From Curvularia clavata (Eukaryota), in contig CP089274.1 of assembly GCA_023920165.1 (NCBI GenBank), positions 3,906,001 through 3,970,000 on the forward strand: a DNA stretch of 64,000 bases, read 5' to 3'. The position numbers and the translations under genes are program-made. Below, in pieces: positions 25,429-38,690 of this stretch. Every line of letters starts with the position of its first letter. The stretch's first letter is position 1. Under the pieces are notes generated by a model that searched no databases, was not told the origin of the DNA, and saw only the letters and a list, made by a program, of their open reading frames with translations.

Positions 25429-25879
25429 CACCTAGATTATTGTCTTGTATCATGAAGATTACCCAAGACTTGAAATGGCAGTTGGATATTTCGCAGATGG
25501 CGTGATTTGTTGCGTCAAAATCTCGCTGATGTGGGTAGCCGTGTTGTGTGCTTCCTCAACAACCGGTTAGCTACATTATTGTTGTGTTTGCTAATAATGC
25601 GTCGCCACTCTTCCTGCACCTCTCTATAACAGCTCTCGTTTTCGTGTCTAGACATATGTATGAGCTGTAGTTTCAAGAGGACCTGTTTACTACAGCGATA
25701 TACTTGCTCATATCTTGGTACTTATATCGGCTTGCTGGAACACAACAGCTTTAGACCTGACATCTTCGCTTCCAGAGGTTAAAAACGGATCGTCACAGCC
25801 ATTTGTTCTACTGCGCGATGCTGAGGTATGATTAATGTCATCTTAGATGTCTTTTGAGGGAATAACTCGAAACAGCCTA

Positions 25880-27815
25880 CTCGTCCCACTGCATGGGACT
25901 AGGCCCAATGCAGCAGTACTAAGTATCCCACTTAGTCCTATACAGCTCAACGCAAATCCCTAGCTCAACGTAAAAATTATAAAATAATAGCACCTAGAAT
26001 TAATTTATTTAGCAATCTTGTAAGATATAGTATCTATGACTTAAAACTCTCGTAGGTGTAGTTATAGAATATTGTCTGTGAGGGCTGAGAGGGCCCCACG
26101 CGCGACAACTAAGACTTAGTTCGATCTATAGTATTCTTCCTAGCTGATCGCTAAGCTGCTTTGAACGCCCTCAACGCCTTAGCTTTCGCCCTTTGGTCTA
26201 CTTTTGATCGCGCCTCTCGCGCAGTCAAGATCCCTCCCTTCTATACTTACCTTGTTGATGGAGTTTGACAAGCTACACGCGCGCGCGCAGCTGCTATTAT
26301 TATTAATAGTTCTTGCTCTGCTAGGGCCTGCGCGTGCCTACTAATAACAGAAGCCTTTGTAAGCTTTAAAACACGCTTAATTATAATTATACTATCCTTA
26401 TACTATTCTCTCGTCTTAATTGTAAACTCGACAAATGTTCTAGATATTATTGGCGTAGGTGTTGAGACAAGCGAGCTTTGTGGAGATATTTTATCTCGAG
26501 GAGGGTGATAGACCTTGTACAGCACTCTCTCTAGATCTTAGAGCCAGATTCCTGCCAGCTCCTAGACTATATGGATTGTCGATTATTTAAAGGCTTATTA
26601 TCGTACGCGATATAGCCCGTTTAAGAATTCAACTTTATTATAGTCAACACAGCCTTCCCGCATCGCTATTTCGACAGCATTTCGATAGAGCTTTTTGTAT
26701 GATTAAAATACAGCGACGTCGAGAGGCTATAGATTGTAAGAAGTATGAGGCGGTAGCGTGAAACACACAATACTCTGCGCGTCGCAGTAATCAAGGAATT
26801 CCTTTATGCAGTGTGAACCAAATCTATCAAATATTAACAACCTCCACAAGTCTATTTGGCGACGCCTACTCCAGCTATCGAAGTGCTCTAGCCAGCCTAG
26901 TGAGAGCTCGTCGTTATTATATCCAGTTTTACTAACTGTTATAGCGTAGGAAGCAGGTAGTAAGGTATTTTTATACCACTTTTCTAGGTGCGCGCTTCTC
27001 TTGAGGACTAGGAAAGATGGTAGGACTACTCCATCGCCGGAAATTGTCTCAATTGCTATATAGAAGTCTCGATTTGTATCGCTACCTAATTATATAGCGT
27101 CAATACCTGTCGTAATAACCCACTGGCTGCCACCGACGCCTAAACGGAAGCCTGTTTCGTCCATATTATAGGTGTCGCCTTGCTAGATCGCGTAGTCGTC
27201 AATAACGCGTTTAAGACGCTTGAAATGAGCTTCGTAGTTGCCTACTGTATTAGCAGCCACACGATTAAGCTCCTGCTTCTTCTGCTTCTTTCTTCGATAG
27301 TCAGGGTTGTCCCTTAGCCATCGCGAAATCCAGTTACGGCCTAGGCGTGGGGCCTTCCCTAACAGATCTTCCATATCTAAGATACGCTGCGCAGCGCCAA
27401 TAACTTGAGGAACAAGAGCAGGCATCTCTAAACGATCGCAGCGTCGTATATAAGTCTTCAGAGCTTCGTCCTATACTAGATTAAGTCTTCAATTTACCCT
27501 AGGGCGGTCCATCTTACTCTGTCGCCTGTAGGAACGCGCGTATAGTCGATTGTACGGGACATTATATTAACGCGCTGCCTCAGCCACTAATGCGATCTCT
27601 CTATTGCCGAGGGCGTCAAGAGTATCTTTAATGCGATCTTCAATATTAAGCACATTACCGTATTGAAAGGCTATTATGTTGACGTGATTCAGCGTTTTTA
27701 GAAGGTAGGCAGGTGATGGTTTTGCGTTGAGCTAGGGATTTGCGTTAAGCTGTACAGGACTAAGTGGGACACTTAGTACTGCTGCATTGGGCCTAGTCCC
27801 ATGCAGTGGGACGAG
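25880..27815 (-). mobile_element. Full-length Tc1/mariner (pogo/Fot1-like) DNA transposon, RIPed
   Basis: ~95-bp TIRs CTCGTCCCACTGCATGGGAC..., TA on both sides; YNMDETGFRLG and LPPHTS..L*PLDVAVF motifs on minus strand. Confidence 0.95.
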
Positions 27816-28779
27816 TAAATGGCCTAATAGCCCAATGCGTCCTTGAGCTCTCGCATGAAACTGGACAGCGCTACACTACGTATATCGAAGCGCCGGAGCA
27901 AGAAAGCCCCGAAGTCATGGTTACAGTGGTCGAGAACGAGAGCAAAAGCTGATTCCACATGGCAATCACGGGTACCAATACCGACATCGAGAACGCAAAG
28001 GCGGTCTGCTCCCAAGCCGTCTTGTGCAGGAGTGTGGGGGATGATCCCGAACTATATCACGCTATTTACGACCACCTTACCCAGATGGTTTTCTTCTGTC
28101 TGTGTAGCCCCTCAGGGGAAGACCTTGAAGATATGTCCTGTTACTCAATGCACAGAGAAGCAAGTAAGATAGCACAGTGGTTGGAAACGTACATTGTCTC
28201 AAACGCAGAAGTCTTACGTGGGTGAGATCGGGATCATCAAGGCTGTAACTAGCATAATCGACCACGCATCAGTGTTGCATGATCAGCATTGTCGCGCTCT
28301 CGGTGGAGCAGACTACATCTTAGAAACCGATTTCCTAGAACAACCAATAGCTATTATTTTGCTCACATTCAGACCGTTTTCGATATAAATCTTTTTCTAG
28401 CCGTCGGGCATTGGCGCACGATCATGTACCCGTGATATTGTAGCGCTTAGCTTTGTCTGCTCTGTGCGGCTGATGAGGGATCGCCGCACTCTCCATGGCG
28501 AGGGGCAGCGCGCTATCAAGACAACAGGCTGGCGGTCAGTGGTAGCGTCTGTCCAGCGGTGACAGCTTGGCTACTACAGCAAGTTTTCTAATTAATAGCA
28601 ACGGTTGGGACGTAATTCCGGCGCATGCTGCGGGCAATCGCCCGCACGCCCGTGTCTGCTCTGATGGTCGCTGCACTCATTCACTACGAGCAGTTATGCT
28701 GAATGGAAACGTCCAGCTCATCAACAATATATTTCAATCTAATCGAAGCGATCTTGACCAATTATATAACCAATCGAGC

Positions 28780-29055
28780 TAGTCAAGCACTGGCAGAAGC
28801 CTTCTCTTCCGACGAGCATGAGACATATCGTACTATTGCGGAGAAGAGCAATGTCCCTCGCTCTACCCTCCATCGTCGTAAGCACAGAGAAACGTTGACA
28901 GAAACAGAGGTTCAGCGCCAGCAATATCTTACTGTCGAGGAAGCGAAAGCACTTATTATGATCTTGTTACTAAGGTCTCATTTGGGGCAACCTGTTCGGA
29001 TCAAGTACATACGTACGCTAGCCTTCAGCATCGCACGCCGGCGGTCCGCAACGAT
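28780..29055 (+). mobile_element. pogo-like transposase N-terminal fragment (HTH)
   Basis: YRTIAEKSNVPRSTLHRR...QQYLTVEEAKAL...GQPVRIKYIRTLAFSIA. Confidence 0.75.
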
Positions 29056-29149
29056 CAAGCACCACATGATTTTTTTCAATAACACAGGCTTTCACCTCTT
29101 TTTCTTATCATACCTCTTCAATAGGACCTCTGTACAGCTTTTAAATGCT

Positions 29150-30049
29150 TTACCAACGGTAGCCTGAATTGCCTTTATTACATTTCGTGCACCTTCCTTG
29201 CAACACTTCCATCCGTTGATGCGAGTGACACGATTGGAAATATTCAATAAAAGGAATGGTAACATAGCATCTCAATAGATATTTTGTGAAGTCGGGAATT
29301 CCAGAGAGGGTCTTGTTGTACATTTCTGCGACCTCCTTGTTATTGAGGATTTCTGGCAAATGCGTCCGGATAGCCTAGCAGGCTGTGTTCCGCAGCTGTT
29401 TAATACTGGCGGGTGTATTTCTATAAACATCTTCGAGTGAAACTAACAGTTCTATAGGTTCCTATGATGTAGTGCACCTGGAAGAGTACTTTTCTGTAGC
29501 CAAATGACTCAAACCTGGAATGTCGTACTAGTCTGTAAGTGCAAACATCCCAGCGTGGAGTTAAAGTAGAGATATGTCTGCTCCCTCTAGCAAGTAGTTA
29601 TCATACTCAGAGCTATAGAAGAAGTCGACCAGTTTCTCTAGTTCTATGTGTTGTATATAATCTATCTAGATAGTGCCCGTAAACTCCTCTTAGCATTGTC
29701 TTAGTAATAAATAGAATCCTATATTATAGCTTTGACTTACTTTAAATCCTCTAGTGCATGCTTTATAGAACACCTTTGATTGAGAATAGACAATAATACC
29801 GTGGACGTGGAAACTTCTGGCATTATGGCTGAGCAAAAGGTCAGCAAATTCGCCATGGTCTCGCATCCTGTCGATTGTTAATATAATGCGAAATGAGTAA
29901 TTGTATTTCCTACTTAGAGATAGTTGGGAGGAGTTCTTCGGCAGCATGAGTGCAAATATTCATATGGTTTAGTACTTAGATCGACTTGTTCTCAACCAAA
30001 TAATTCGAACGTTGAGCTAATTTTAGAGATAATTGAGCTAGTTTGCCAT
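29150..30049 (-). pseudogene. BTB/POZ-domain protein pseudogene
   Basis: GEFADLLLSHNARSFHVHGIIVYSQSKVFYKAC / EKLVDFFYSSEY / MFALTD*YDIPGL; RIP-type stops; C-terminal Cys pairs. Confidence 0.85.
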
Positions 30050-30061
30050 TATGTAACGTTA

Positions 30062-31916
30062 ACGTGTTGGATAAGCGAGTGAGCCAGGCAAGCGAGTGAG
30101 CCACCTCACCAACTTCGCGCATCTATACAAGCGTGTAGCTCCACTATAGTATAATAATATAGATATATATTAATATAGCAGATTAAGTAGTATCTATAGT
30201 ATCGTTTTTACACGTACGCGAATTATGGCCAGTCTCTCTACACCTGCTACAGCGCGTAAGAGCCCGGCGGCTAACACCTGATCGCTCTCCTCCCTGACGC
30301 TCTTCATGAGCAATTTGCTCATCAGCCTCGCGTTAAGCGATAATATCCTCGCCAGCTCCTTTCATAAGCACTCCTTGCTTCTATATCCGCTTTCTTTTAC
30401 GCTCTCTACGCTTTAACGCTACCTCATTAGCTCTCTTAAGATTAGCGATCTACTCGCGTATTAGCTTAGCTAAAAGTATTATTATCTCTGCCCTCTTCTT
30501 AAGCTAGCCAATCGCCACAATAATCAACGCTAGTAATAAGCTTTTGTGCCGTCGAACACGATCACTTATTAGCGTTAATTAAGCTTTAAGCTCGCGTACA
30601 TTACCTAGCGTATAGGCCTGCTAGAGAGCTTCTGCGAGAGCAGCTGGAGGAGTAGGCGTACGTAGCTGCACGTCAAGCTTTAATAGAATAGTGTCTGGCT
30701 AGAGAGGAACAAGGCCTGCACCTCAAAAAGCTAAGTAGATATTAGCTAACGTAAACAATTAATTAAAGGCTGCTTTAAATGCTGGTAGAAACTCGAGCTT
30801 AGTGATATAGTTAATATGGTTGCGTATTAGACTCTCCACCTCACAGCTATACGCACGCTTCAATGGCGAGAAGCAGCTAACGTCAAGAGGCTGGAGTAGG
30901 TAAGACGAGTAAGGCGGCATACAGAGCGTATAGATATTGTTCTCCTTATAGAGCTCTTGGAACTTAAGTGACTGGTAGCTCTTATGGCCGTTAAGAATAA
31001 GCAGCTAGCGTGCCCTAACAACCTTGCTATCTATATACTTGATAAAGTGCTTTAGCTACTCAACTCCTAGCTCGTTAGTCATCTAGCTGTTATTGCTGAC
31101 TGCGATCGCCCAGTCGCGTAGGATCTCTACCTCTTCGTACTAGGCAGATAGGTAATACTTGCTAGTAAAGATTAGAAACGGCGGGATAGACCAGCCGGCT
31201 GCGTTAATCCTAGCAATAAATGTCACCCACTCGCGACCACCTAGCTGGATAGCCTTTGGCCGAGCTCTTCTTTCTAATGCTGTAATGACAAGCTAAGTAG
31301 TAATCTTGCCTATTAAGAAGCCAGCTTCGTTGAAGTTGTAGACGTCCTCGTCGCAAATACTATACTTAGCCTTTGTCTGCTCTATAAGCTTAAACTAGCT
31401 CTTAATTAAGACTAGATCTTTATATAGAGCTCTCTATCTATCGTACGCCCAATTAAAGCGCGTTGTAAGACTGTCTGTACGCTTAACAAAGTTAGCTGGC
31501 CACTTCTGCCCAACCTGGCTAGCGCCGCGCGCAGCCAGCAGCTTATCAGCTATATCGCGCACAGCAGCGTACATAGGCGCAAATCTACGTGAATCGAGAT
31601 TAAGTATATAATCAACTATCACCTTCTCTTCTAGCTTAGTTAGCTTCTTTAAATTGGGCTGACAATCGCGTCGGGCAGGGTAACCAGCGCGTCGGCGGTG
31701 GAGTGTAGCTCGCGAGATATTGAACGTCTTAGTAGCGCATCTTTTAATTTTAATTTGCTTTATATTAAGAGCTGAAATTACAAGATATATATCAGTCTTA
31801 TAAGAGACCTTAGAAGCTTGTTGGGGGGACGCCATAGTTGATTGAAGTTGAGGCGTTGTGGAAAGTTGGTGAGGTGGCTCACTCGCTTGCCTGGCTCACT
31901 CGCTTATCCAACACGT
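30062..31916 (-). mobile_element. Full-length Fot1/Pot2-type DNA transposon (1855 bp), RIPed
   Basis: TIRs ACGTGTTGGATAAGCGAGTGAGCC..., TA TSD; transposase from 31835 with HTH, YNFNEAGF, CMPPYSSYLLQPLDVSCF. Confidence 0.96.
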
Positions 31917-32755
31917 TATATATAGATACCCCGCATTTTGCTTCACGGGTGTTGACAGGGATAATGCATTCACTGTGATTGGAGCGATCCGAGCAAACAA
32001 AGCGCGCTAGGGATCGATGCGATGAAAGTTTACAGTAGTTACTCGCAAGATTAGATTGGGCATAGCCGAGGCAGTGAACGCTTGCGCGGTCCATTTCACA
32101 ATCGGTGCTTCCAACCGGCAAGCGAGTGATTCGTCTCCAACTGAATCGCAAAAGCGCTGTTTCTAGCACAAATCGTGTGGCTAGTACAGGTCTGTTCAGA
32201 ACAAGAACGCTTTCCCCCCCCCTATTTGGTGGTAGACATTCAAGATCAGTTACAGAGATTATTCCTACAGCCTTATAGCAATGTTCGTTGCGTGCCTGGG
32301 CTTTCTAGTTATTGGTAGTTAAAGTCCATACTCCTATTTGTCTCAGCATATGATCAGTCAGAGTATCTCGCTATGCAGTGGGGATGCTAGTAAGCGATCA
32401 ACTCTTCGTGAGTGGCTGTTGAGTCGAATCTTTAGATGCGGCGACACAAAGCCTTGGGATACGAACCTTCTTCAGAACATGATTACTAATTAGCAACTGT
32501 AATCACAATTGTATATAGCCTACTGGAAAGTAATCTGGAGGACATGCTATGGCATGATAGGTAATCGACCTTAGAAGATCAATGGGTGACCCAAAATTCT
32601 AACCTAACTAACCACCTTCTTACACGGCGTATTGGCTTCTCGAAAAGCTAACCGCTGCGTCCTCATCTGCTATTGAACTAGCTCTTCAAACGCCTCTTCA
32701 TTAATGAATCATTATGTATCCCGAGCTGATCTTTTTATTGTTCTCTTCTATTTAT

Positions 32756-33748
32756 CTAAAACCTAAAAGTATTTCTAATATCGTGCCAGGCTCCCGAAAA
32801 GCTCTTTAAACAATGAACCCTTAGGCATTGTTTATGGGTGAAAAGGCTACATAGAGCATGCCCTTCTAGTAGGCATGCTTTCTGCTCATCTCCCTTACTA
32901 CCTATGGACAGCGCATCTGGTGTAGTCGCTGGATCACACCCAATAAAAGATATCTCGCGCTGATTGTCTATCGATTTGATGAAGCAGAGAGCCCTGCCGA
33001 AAGTGTCAAACTGAATTCGGAGCTGTGCTGCTGAGCACCAAGGCGTGCCAAGCAGAATTCCTCGTCGGAGCCTCCTCACAATCCGAAAGTGGGTCGGTAT
33101 CAAAACACCACCAATCGACACTGGCACACTATAGGCAGTGCCAACAAACGGATCCATCCCTCCATCAGCGGTAATCATTCCTTGTTGAAGCTCTTTCGGC
33201 AAAGTTGACTGATCTGTTTCTGTGATACAGACGTTTAAAGCTCTTGCAGTTGATAGTTGCATCACGTTCAGCTGCGATCCTGTATCAATAAGCGCTCGGC
33301 GCATCCCACCTTGTAAGGCAATCCAGCAGGTTGGCAGCTGGCCTATAATGGCGTATTGTCGATGATCCTCGTCTCCCTCCATTTGAATATCTGCAGGAAC
33401 TGCCGACTGCTCCTCAGCACACCTATCTTGCTCATTCTCCAAGCTATTTTCTTGATAGCCATCCATTTGGTTGGCTTCTCCGCCTCGAGGCTCAATCGCC
33501 AGCCGTTCTCGATCCATGTTCGGCCAGAGTCGCTGTAGAATATCTCCAGGAAGCCGCTTGCTCATATCTGGCCACCTGCTCCTACTCGGTACAGTCGGGG
33601 GTAAATACCTTTCGCAGTACTGTTTCTCTTTTGGTACTCGCAATCTGCGCCTTTGTGATAGGCATTCGTTATCCCTGTCTTGTGAATCTGCTAGATAGCT
33701 TTGACTTTCTTCTGCGAAGACATGTCTCATCATTGCTGCAATAGCCAT
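32756..33748 (-). CDS. Orphan retropepsin-like aspartic protease (gag-PR related)
   Basis: ALIDTGSQLNVM catalytic motif and ILLGTPW C-terminal motif in an open 330-aa frame; no adjacent RT/IN. Confidence 0.75.
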   Translation of the reverse strand: MAIAAMMRHVFAEESQSYLADSQDRDNECLSQRRRLRVPKEKQYCERYLPPTVPSRSRWPDMSKRLPGDILQRLWPNMDRERLAIEPRGGEANQMDGYQENSLENEQDRCAEEQSAVPADIQMEGDEDHRQYAIIGQLPTCWIALQGGMRRALIDTGSQLNVMQLSTARALNVCITETDQSTLPKELQQGMITADGGMDPFVGTAYSVPVSIGGVLIPTHFRIVRRLRRGILLGTPWCSAAQLRIQFDTFGRALCFIKSIDNQREISFIGCDPATTPDALSIGSKGDEQKACLLEGHALCSLFTHKQCLRVHCLKSFSGAWHDIRNTFRF

Positions 33749-34418
33749 ATCTCTGCGTATCTTCTTTTCCTGATAGACTGTCTTGGCCCCCCAATTAGCT
33801 CACCAAATATGTGGCACAATGGGTAATCGACCTTAAAAGATTGAGGAGCGACCTGCGATCAATTAGGCAGAAGGTGTATAGCTACTATTTAAATGCTAGA
33901 GTAAGCTGAGTGAAGAAGGTTCCCAAACGCACTCAAAGGAATTCCCAAGATATACTCCTAGATCACGTGCTACCACACGATAATACTGAGATTTAGTGGT
34001 ACGGCTTAAGTACGAGCCAATGACCACAATCTCTATTCCACTTACCCCAAAACACTAGTATGACTTGTGATGCTGGTTCTAGACGTCATTCACGTGCTTA
34101 TTCAACTAGCGTTATGTACGCGGCTGACAAAGTCTTGGTCACGGAGATGAGGAACGATTCGGTTTATAGAACAATAAAGAATATTTTGCACGTATACTTG
34201 CTAACTATCGCTATAACTTTGCAACAGCCCCATCTTCTTCAATCTTGGGAGCCCGACAATAAAAGGCGAATCCCTCCAAGTTCCTATTCCCCCATAGCAT
34301 GTGCCACTCTCTAAATGCTGAGCTTATCCACTAAGAATTTTCATTCTCTTTGTTTTGTTTAAATTACTTACTCCTTATCTTCAATAATACTCAAGGTAGA
34401 AAACTGGCAGGTGTCTTA

Positions 34419-34736
34419 CTATACCTCATAAGGCATCGGGGTTGAAAGTACAGCGGCACAGGCAGTCTGATAAGTACCAAAGGCGGTATTGCAAGTAATA
34501 ATACTAGCCGATGCGGAGGCACCAAGAGTGGCTCCCCAGATGAACCCAGCTGCAGAGTAATCAGCCATAACAGCTGCAGAACAACCCGTCTGACACACTC
34601 CGTAGGCCGCTGGTCCCGCTGAACCTGGGCTAGCCATAGCAAGAGTAATTATAGCAGATAAAAATTGAGAATATGAACAGTCGTGAAAGTAGAAAAAGGT
34701 GTTTGTGGACTTTTCAAAATACAGTTTTAGTTTCAT
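34419..34736 (-). pseudogene. Small Cys/Ala-rich (zygote-specific-like) protein, probably damaged
   Basis: GPAAYGVCQTGCSAAVMADYSAAGFIWGA...CNTAFGTYQTAC fits the fungal cysteine-rich family; two expected Cys appear replaced. Confidence 0.7.
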
Positions 34737-34798
34737 GAATATCCTAACAGTATGTAACCGTGATCCTCGATCCATCAGTCACATATGACGGCATACAC

Positions 34799-35494
34799 AC
34801 ACAATTTATTTACGCCCGGCGGCCGAGCCGAAAGGGCTACTAGCGCTAGTCTAACTACACTTCTTATGCTCCATCTTGGTCTCAGCCCATATACCTTCTT
34901 TGTCCCATTTCTTTATATAGCTTGTTATCTTAGGTCGAAGCCCTTACTTAATATCTTGGCGCGCTTCTTCTCTATCTACTATCGCTCTTTATCAGGTGCT
35001 CGTGGGTTGGTATTGTTAGTGGTAGACTGGCTTAGAGTCGGTATCTCTAAGAGATTCTCTAAGTGTTTAACGTCCTATCTTCGGCGGCTGAAGCGCTGTC
35101 TACTGGCAGTAGCACGAGGCTGCTGATGAGTATTTGTCGGTGTCTGAAATCTATCTAGTAGTTGTTAGTTTGCCTCAAGTCTTCGTGTTGCTATTGCGAA
35201 TCGTATTGTCGCTCGCACTGCGTCCATGTCTGGTTCCCATTTCGCGTTGTCTGTCGCTGCTTTGCCGCCTAGGTAGAACGATATACTTCCTCGGCCCGTC
35301 TGCGTGCACTGCAGCATTTCAGTTCGCTGAGTTGTTCACTTTTTGCACCGGAGCAGGAAGTGCTCTACTGTCTCTGCTGCCTGTCCGCATTCGCATTGGT
35401 CTGTTGTTGATGCTTTGATTCGATATCGATACGTGTTTAGCTGTGCCATGCCTGTTCTAAGCTGGGCAAGCACACTGCTCTCTTTCCGCGAGAG
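34799..35494 (-). mobile_element. 5'-truncated LINE (ORF2 CCHC end + 3' UTR) with 15-bp TSD
   Basis: VLAQLRTGM...CECGQAAETVEHFLLRC...IRFAIATRRL*; TSD TATGACGGCATACAC at 34784-34798 and 35495-35509. Confidence 0.92.
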
Positions 35495-36278
35495 TATGAC
35501 GGCATACACTTGCATGCACGATCAGCTTTTGATACTAATATTACTTGTAACCTTTAGACGCATAGGTGCCCTTATCAGTCCAGATGTGTGAGCAGAGTCC
35601 GAACTGGAAGCCATTTCTGGATTGTCGGTTTCGAGGCGGGCCAGATCTCCATAGTTCTTCCTGTTAGGATGTCTTACCCACGGGGAAAGGAGTTAATGCA
35701 TCTTCTATTCGCTGTGCTTACCTCCCACTACAGGTAATAATTGTGTAAGGTTATTGATCAGCACAACAACCCCGCTTCTAGTCTGGCAAGTACTTGACTA
35801 ATAGTCGCCTACACTGCCTTTCTGGCATTTCTTGCACCTTGTAATACGCTTCATATAAACAACACGATTGGCAATGTCTATAAAACAGACTGCAACTTAG
35901 GTACACTAATTAACATTTGAGATTACCTAATGAGATATTCATAGTAATAGTCTTGCATATCCATATTATATAAGGTTTAGTAATAGTCTTATTCATCAAA
36001 TAAACATGCTTAACTAATGCGGGGTTACTACAAGTTTGGTACACTTTAGTCATAGCCTTAATTATTTTGGAGATCAAACATTGATTTGACAAGTTCACAG
36101 AATTGTTAAAAAAAGCAATAGCAGGATACCAGGACTTACAGATCCTCTTTGTTACTGCTTGCGTATATAAGGTAGGTATATCTGTAGTATCTTACTTATC
36201 CTTCTAATAGATAACGTCTATACTCCAAACCATCTATAAGCTACAACTTCCCGCTTTATCTCTTTCACAGTAGTGAAA

Positions 36279-36770
36279 ATGGCAGAACATCCTATCGAGG
36301 CCATCCTTCAGTATCATTTTTCCAACCATGAATTGCTTGACGAAGCATTGCTCGCTGCGGGGGCGGCAGCTTCAAGCCAAGACATAGAAGGTGACGTACA
36401 AGGCAATAAGCGCCTAGCTCTATTAGAAGATTCTATTCTACAAGAAGCTATTCTAGAGCCCTGGTACAATTCTGAGGAAAGTACTAGTGCGTATGCGCGT
36501 CTGTGAACGGTTCTTGAAAAACTAAACTTTCTAGCTAAGGGTTACAATAGAGTAAAAATTCTATGCAGGAACACAAAACTAAGCCAAGTAGCTAAGAGAA
36601 GCAAAATATCGACTTATGTTACCAAAAATCCATGCCAACAAGGTTAGGTGCCGCAAGAGACTACTACGTCAACAGTTGAGGCGTTAGTAGGAGCGATTTA
36701 TCTAGATAGTGGAAAGAACATATCGACGGTTAAGAAAGTCCTTAGGGCAATCGGGTTTTTTAAAGTATAA
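36279..36770 (+). pseudogene. Stand-alone mini RNase III-domain gene, one intron (36487-36534), in-frame stop
   Basis: LQYHFSNHELLDEAL...GNKRLALLEDS (signature, Gly>Glu) and STVEALVGAIYLDSG; TAG at 36645. Confidence 0.88.
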
Positions 36771-37029
36771 TGAAGATATATCAAGATGTGTTATGCATAG
36801 GATGATTATGTGGGTTAGATGTAATTAGAATAGTTATCTGTTAAATAAATTTCCAAATAGTTTTAATTTGACAGTAGAACAGCTTTACAAGAAGTACAAG
36901 TTAGAACAAGCACACTAGTTGTGTTAGATTCCTTGTCTGGCAGAGCTGTTATACCAAGCTTCAGGCGGAGTAGCTGGGCTGAGTGAATCTGAACAATCTC
37001 TGCTGCTAGGCTGTAGAGTAGCTATTTAA

Positions 37030-38690
37030 GTGCATCTTCAGCGCTATGAGCTCATAAATATAACAAAGATTCAACCTGCACTGAACTCGCCTATTCGGTC
37101 AGCTGAGAAGAGGGACAGAAGACGCACGACGCAGGATCGCCATGACATCAGACACTAACACAGAAAAGAGTGAAGACTAGACGCTGGCAGCTAAGGATCA
37201 TCTAGTCTGGTACAGCATTCAACTTCTCTAGTATCTTCACCATGAAATCATCTTTCGCCTATTTTAAAATTTGAGTGAGGTAGCACACTAGCTCCCGCGT
37301 GTGGCATTTGCGTGTTGTTCGCCATGTTCTGATATTGTGTATATGAGTCGCCTCTCTAAGTTTGAAATGTATCTACAACTTATGTACTGGACTCTTGGTC
37401 GTAATAGAGAAATAGAGCGGGGATCCTGCTGGAGATGCAGACTCTGTGGGTAGTACGACCTGATTCTTAAGGTTATCTAGTATTCTTAGTATATAAGCGG
37501 CACTAATAGTAGCTTGATTCTGCGTAGCCACCAGACCCCTATTTAGGCTTAAACTTTTCGTTTCTGTAATTAGAAAGGGAAAACGTAAGCCTATGGCAGC
37601 TATATGTGGGTCGCTCAGTATCGATCTAAAGCTTTGGTGTTTGGCCAACTGAACTTGATAGGGTAACGCGAAACTCCTGTCTTTAAGTCCTACTATAATG
37701 TTTGGCTTTAGTGTTGAGATGTAGAATGGGTTGGCAGCTTCGCTGCTGGTTGTATAAGCGATAGAAGGTGTGTATAGTTGTAGTGAAGGTACTGGTCCTG
37801 GGAATCTGGAAGCTGATTGTGAATTGAAGTTGGGGAGTATAGATTGTGGCTGTGGAAAGCGCGGTGTTGACGCACCGCTTTTATCGTCTGGTTGGGCCAC
37901 GCCAGGCGGCGAGGGCTTGAGGTTAGCGTTCTAGACTGGAGGGAGTATTAGCATTTTAGAATAATGCCTTAGATACGGTTTGCAACTTACGCTTCTCTGA
38001 TGTATGATATTGAAAGTTGTTTTGCGCTAAGTTGTCTATAAGACTGAACAAACTAGCTTTCTAGTCGTCTTCGAGCGAATAACTTCTTGTGTGATAATGT
38101 GACTGATCTAGGAACCTTTTTACATAGGTCGCCTGCTGTAAATTGTTTTCTGTTGTACTAATTACGTTATCTAAAGACTCTGTTCCTAGTATGTATCGCA
38201 CTTCGCATTTGATATCGTGCGGAAGTTCAGTTAGGTTGTTAATAAAGACTCTAGCGTAAGACATATTCTGGTTATAGTACGTTTGTGGTAATGTTTGTTT
38301 ACTAGAGCTAGGAGTTTGAGACGCACGTGTAGAACGCTTAGAGGAGCGTCTATTACGACTGGAGGAAATAGATCTGCTTTGTGGTGTTGGTGGTGCTATT
38401 GTGTTAGCTTTGCAGCTGATGACCTAGTGTGCTATTGACGCTGTTTTCTTATCTAGCTTATCTGAAATAGGTTGATATATATTCTTGAGCACGTCTTCGG
38501 TGCGTGTAAGCGACTCTGGGGATGCATGCGACAATTGTGACGCTGAGTTTGATAATTTCGATGGATGCGAATGGGGCGGAGATGTGTGGCGCGTCTCGCG
38601 GTTGACAGATTGTAGTTTGCGACGCTTCAAAAGGTGGTTGGGACGTTGCGAAAGCTGTGCAGTGTCCACGTCTAAGATTAAGTGCTTCAT
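37030..38690 (-). pseudogene. Fungal PD-(D/E)XK-nuclease-like protein pseudogene
   Basis: TLKPNIIVGL...RFPFLITETKSLSLNRGLVATQNQA resembles the PD..(D/E)xK core of common fungal nuclease-like proteins; many stops. Confidence 0.6.

Noticed and set aside
27843..28388. Gene-like fragments after the DNA transposon
   Set aside because: Look coding but I cannot assign a family or consistent frame.
34785..35591. Hydrophobic plus-strand ORFs
   Set aside because: Antisense shadows of the A-rich truncated LINE.
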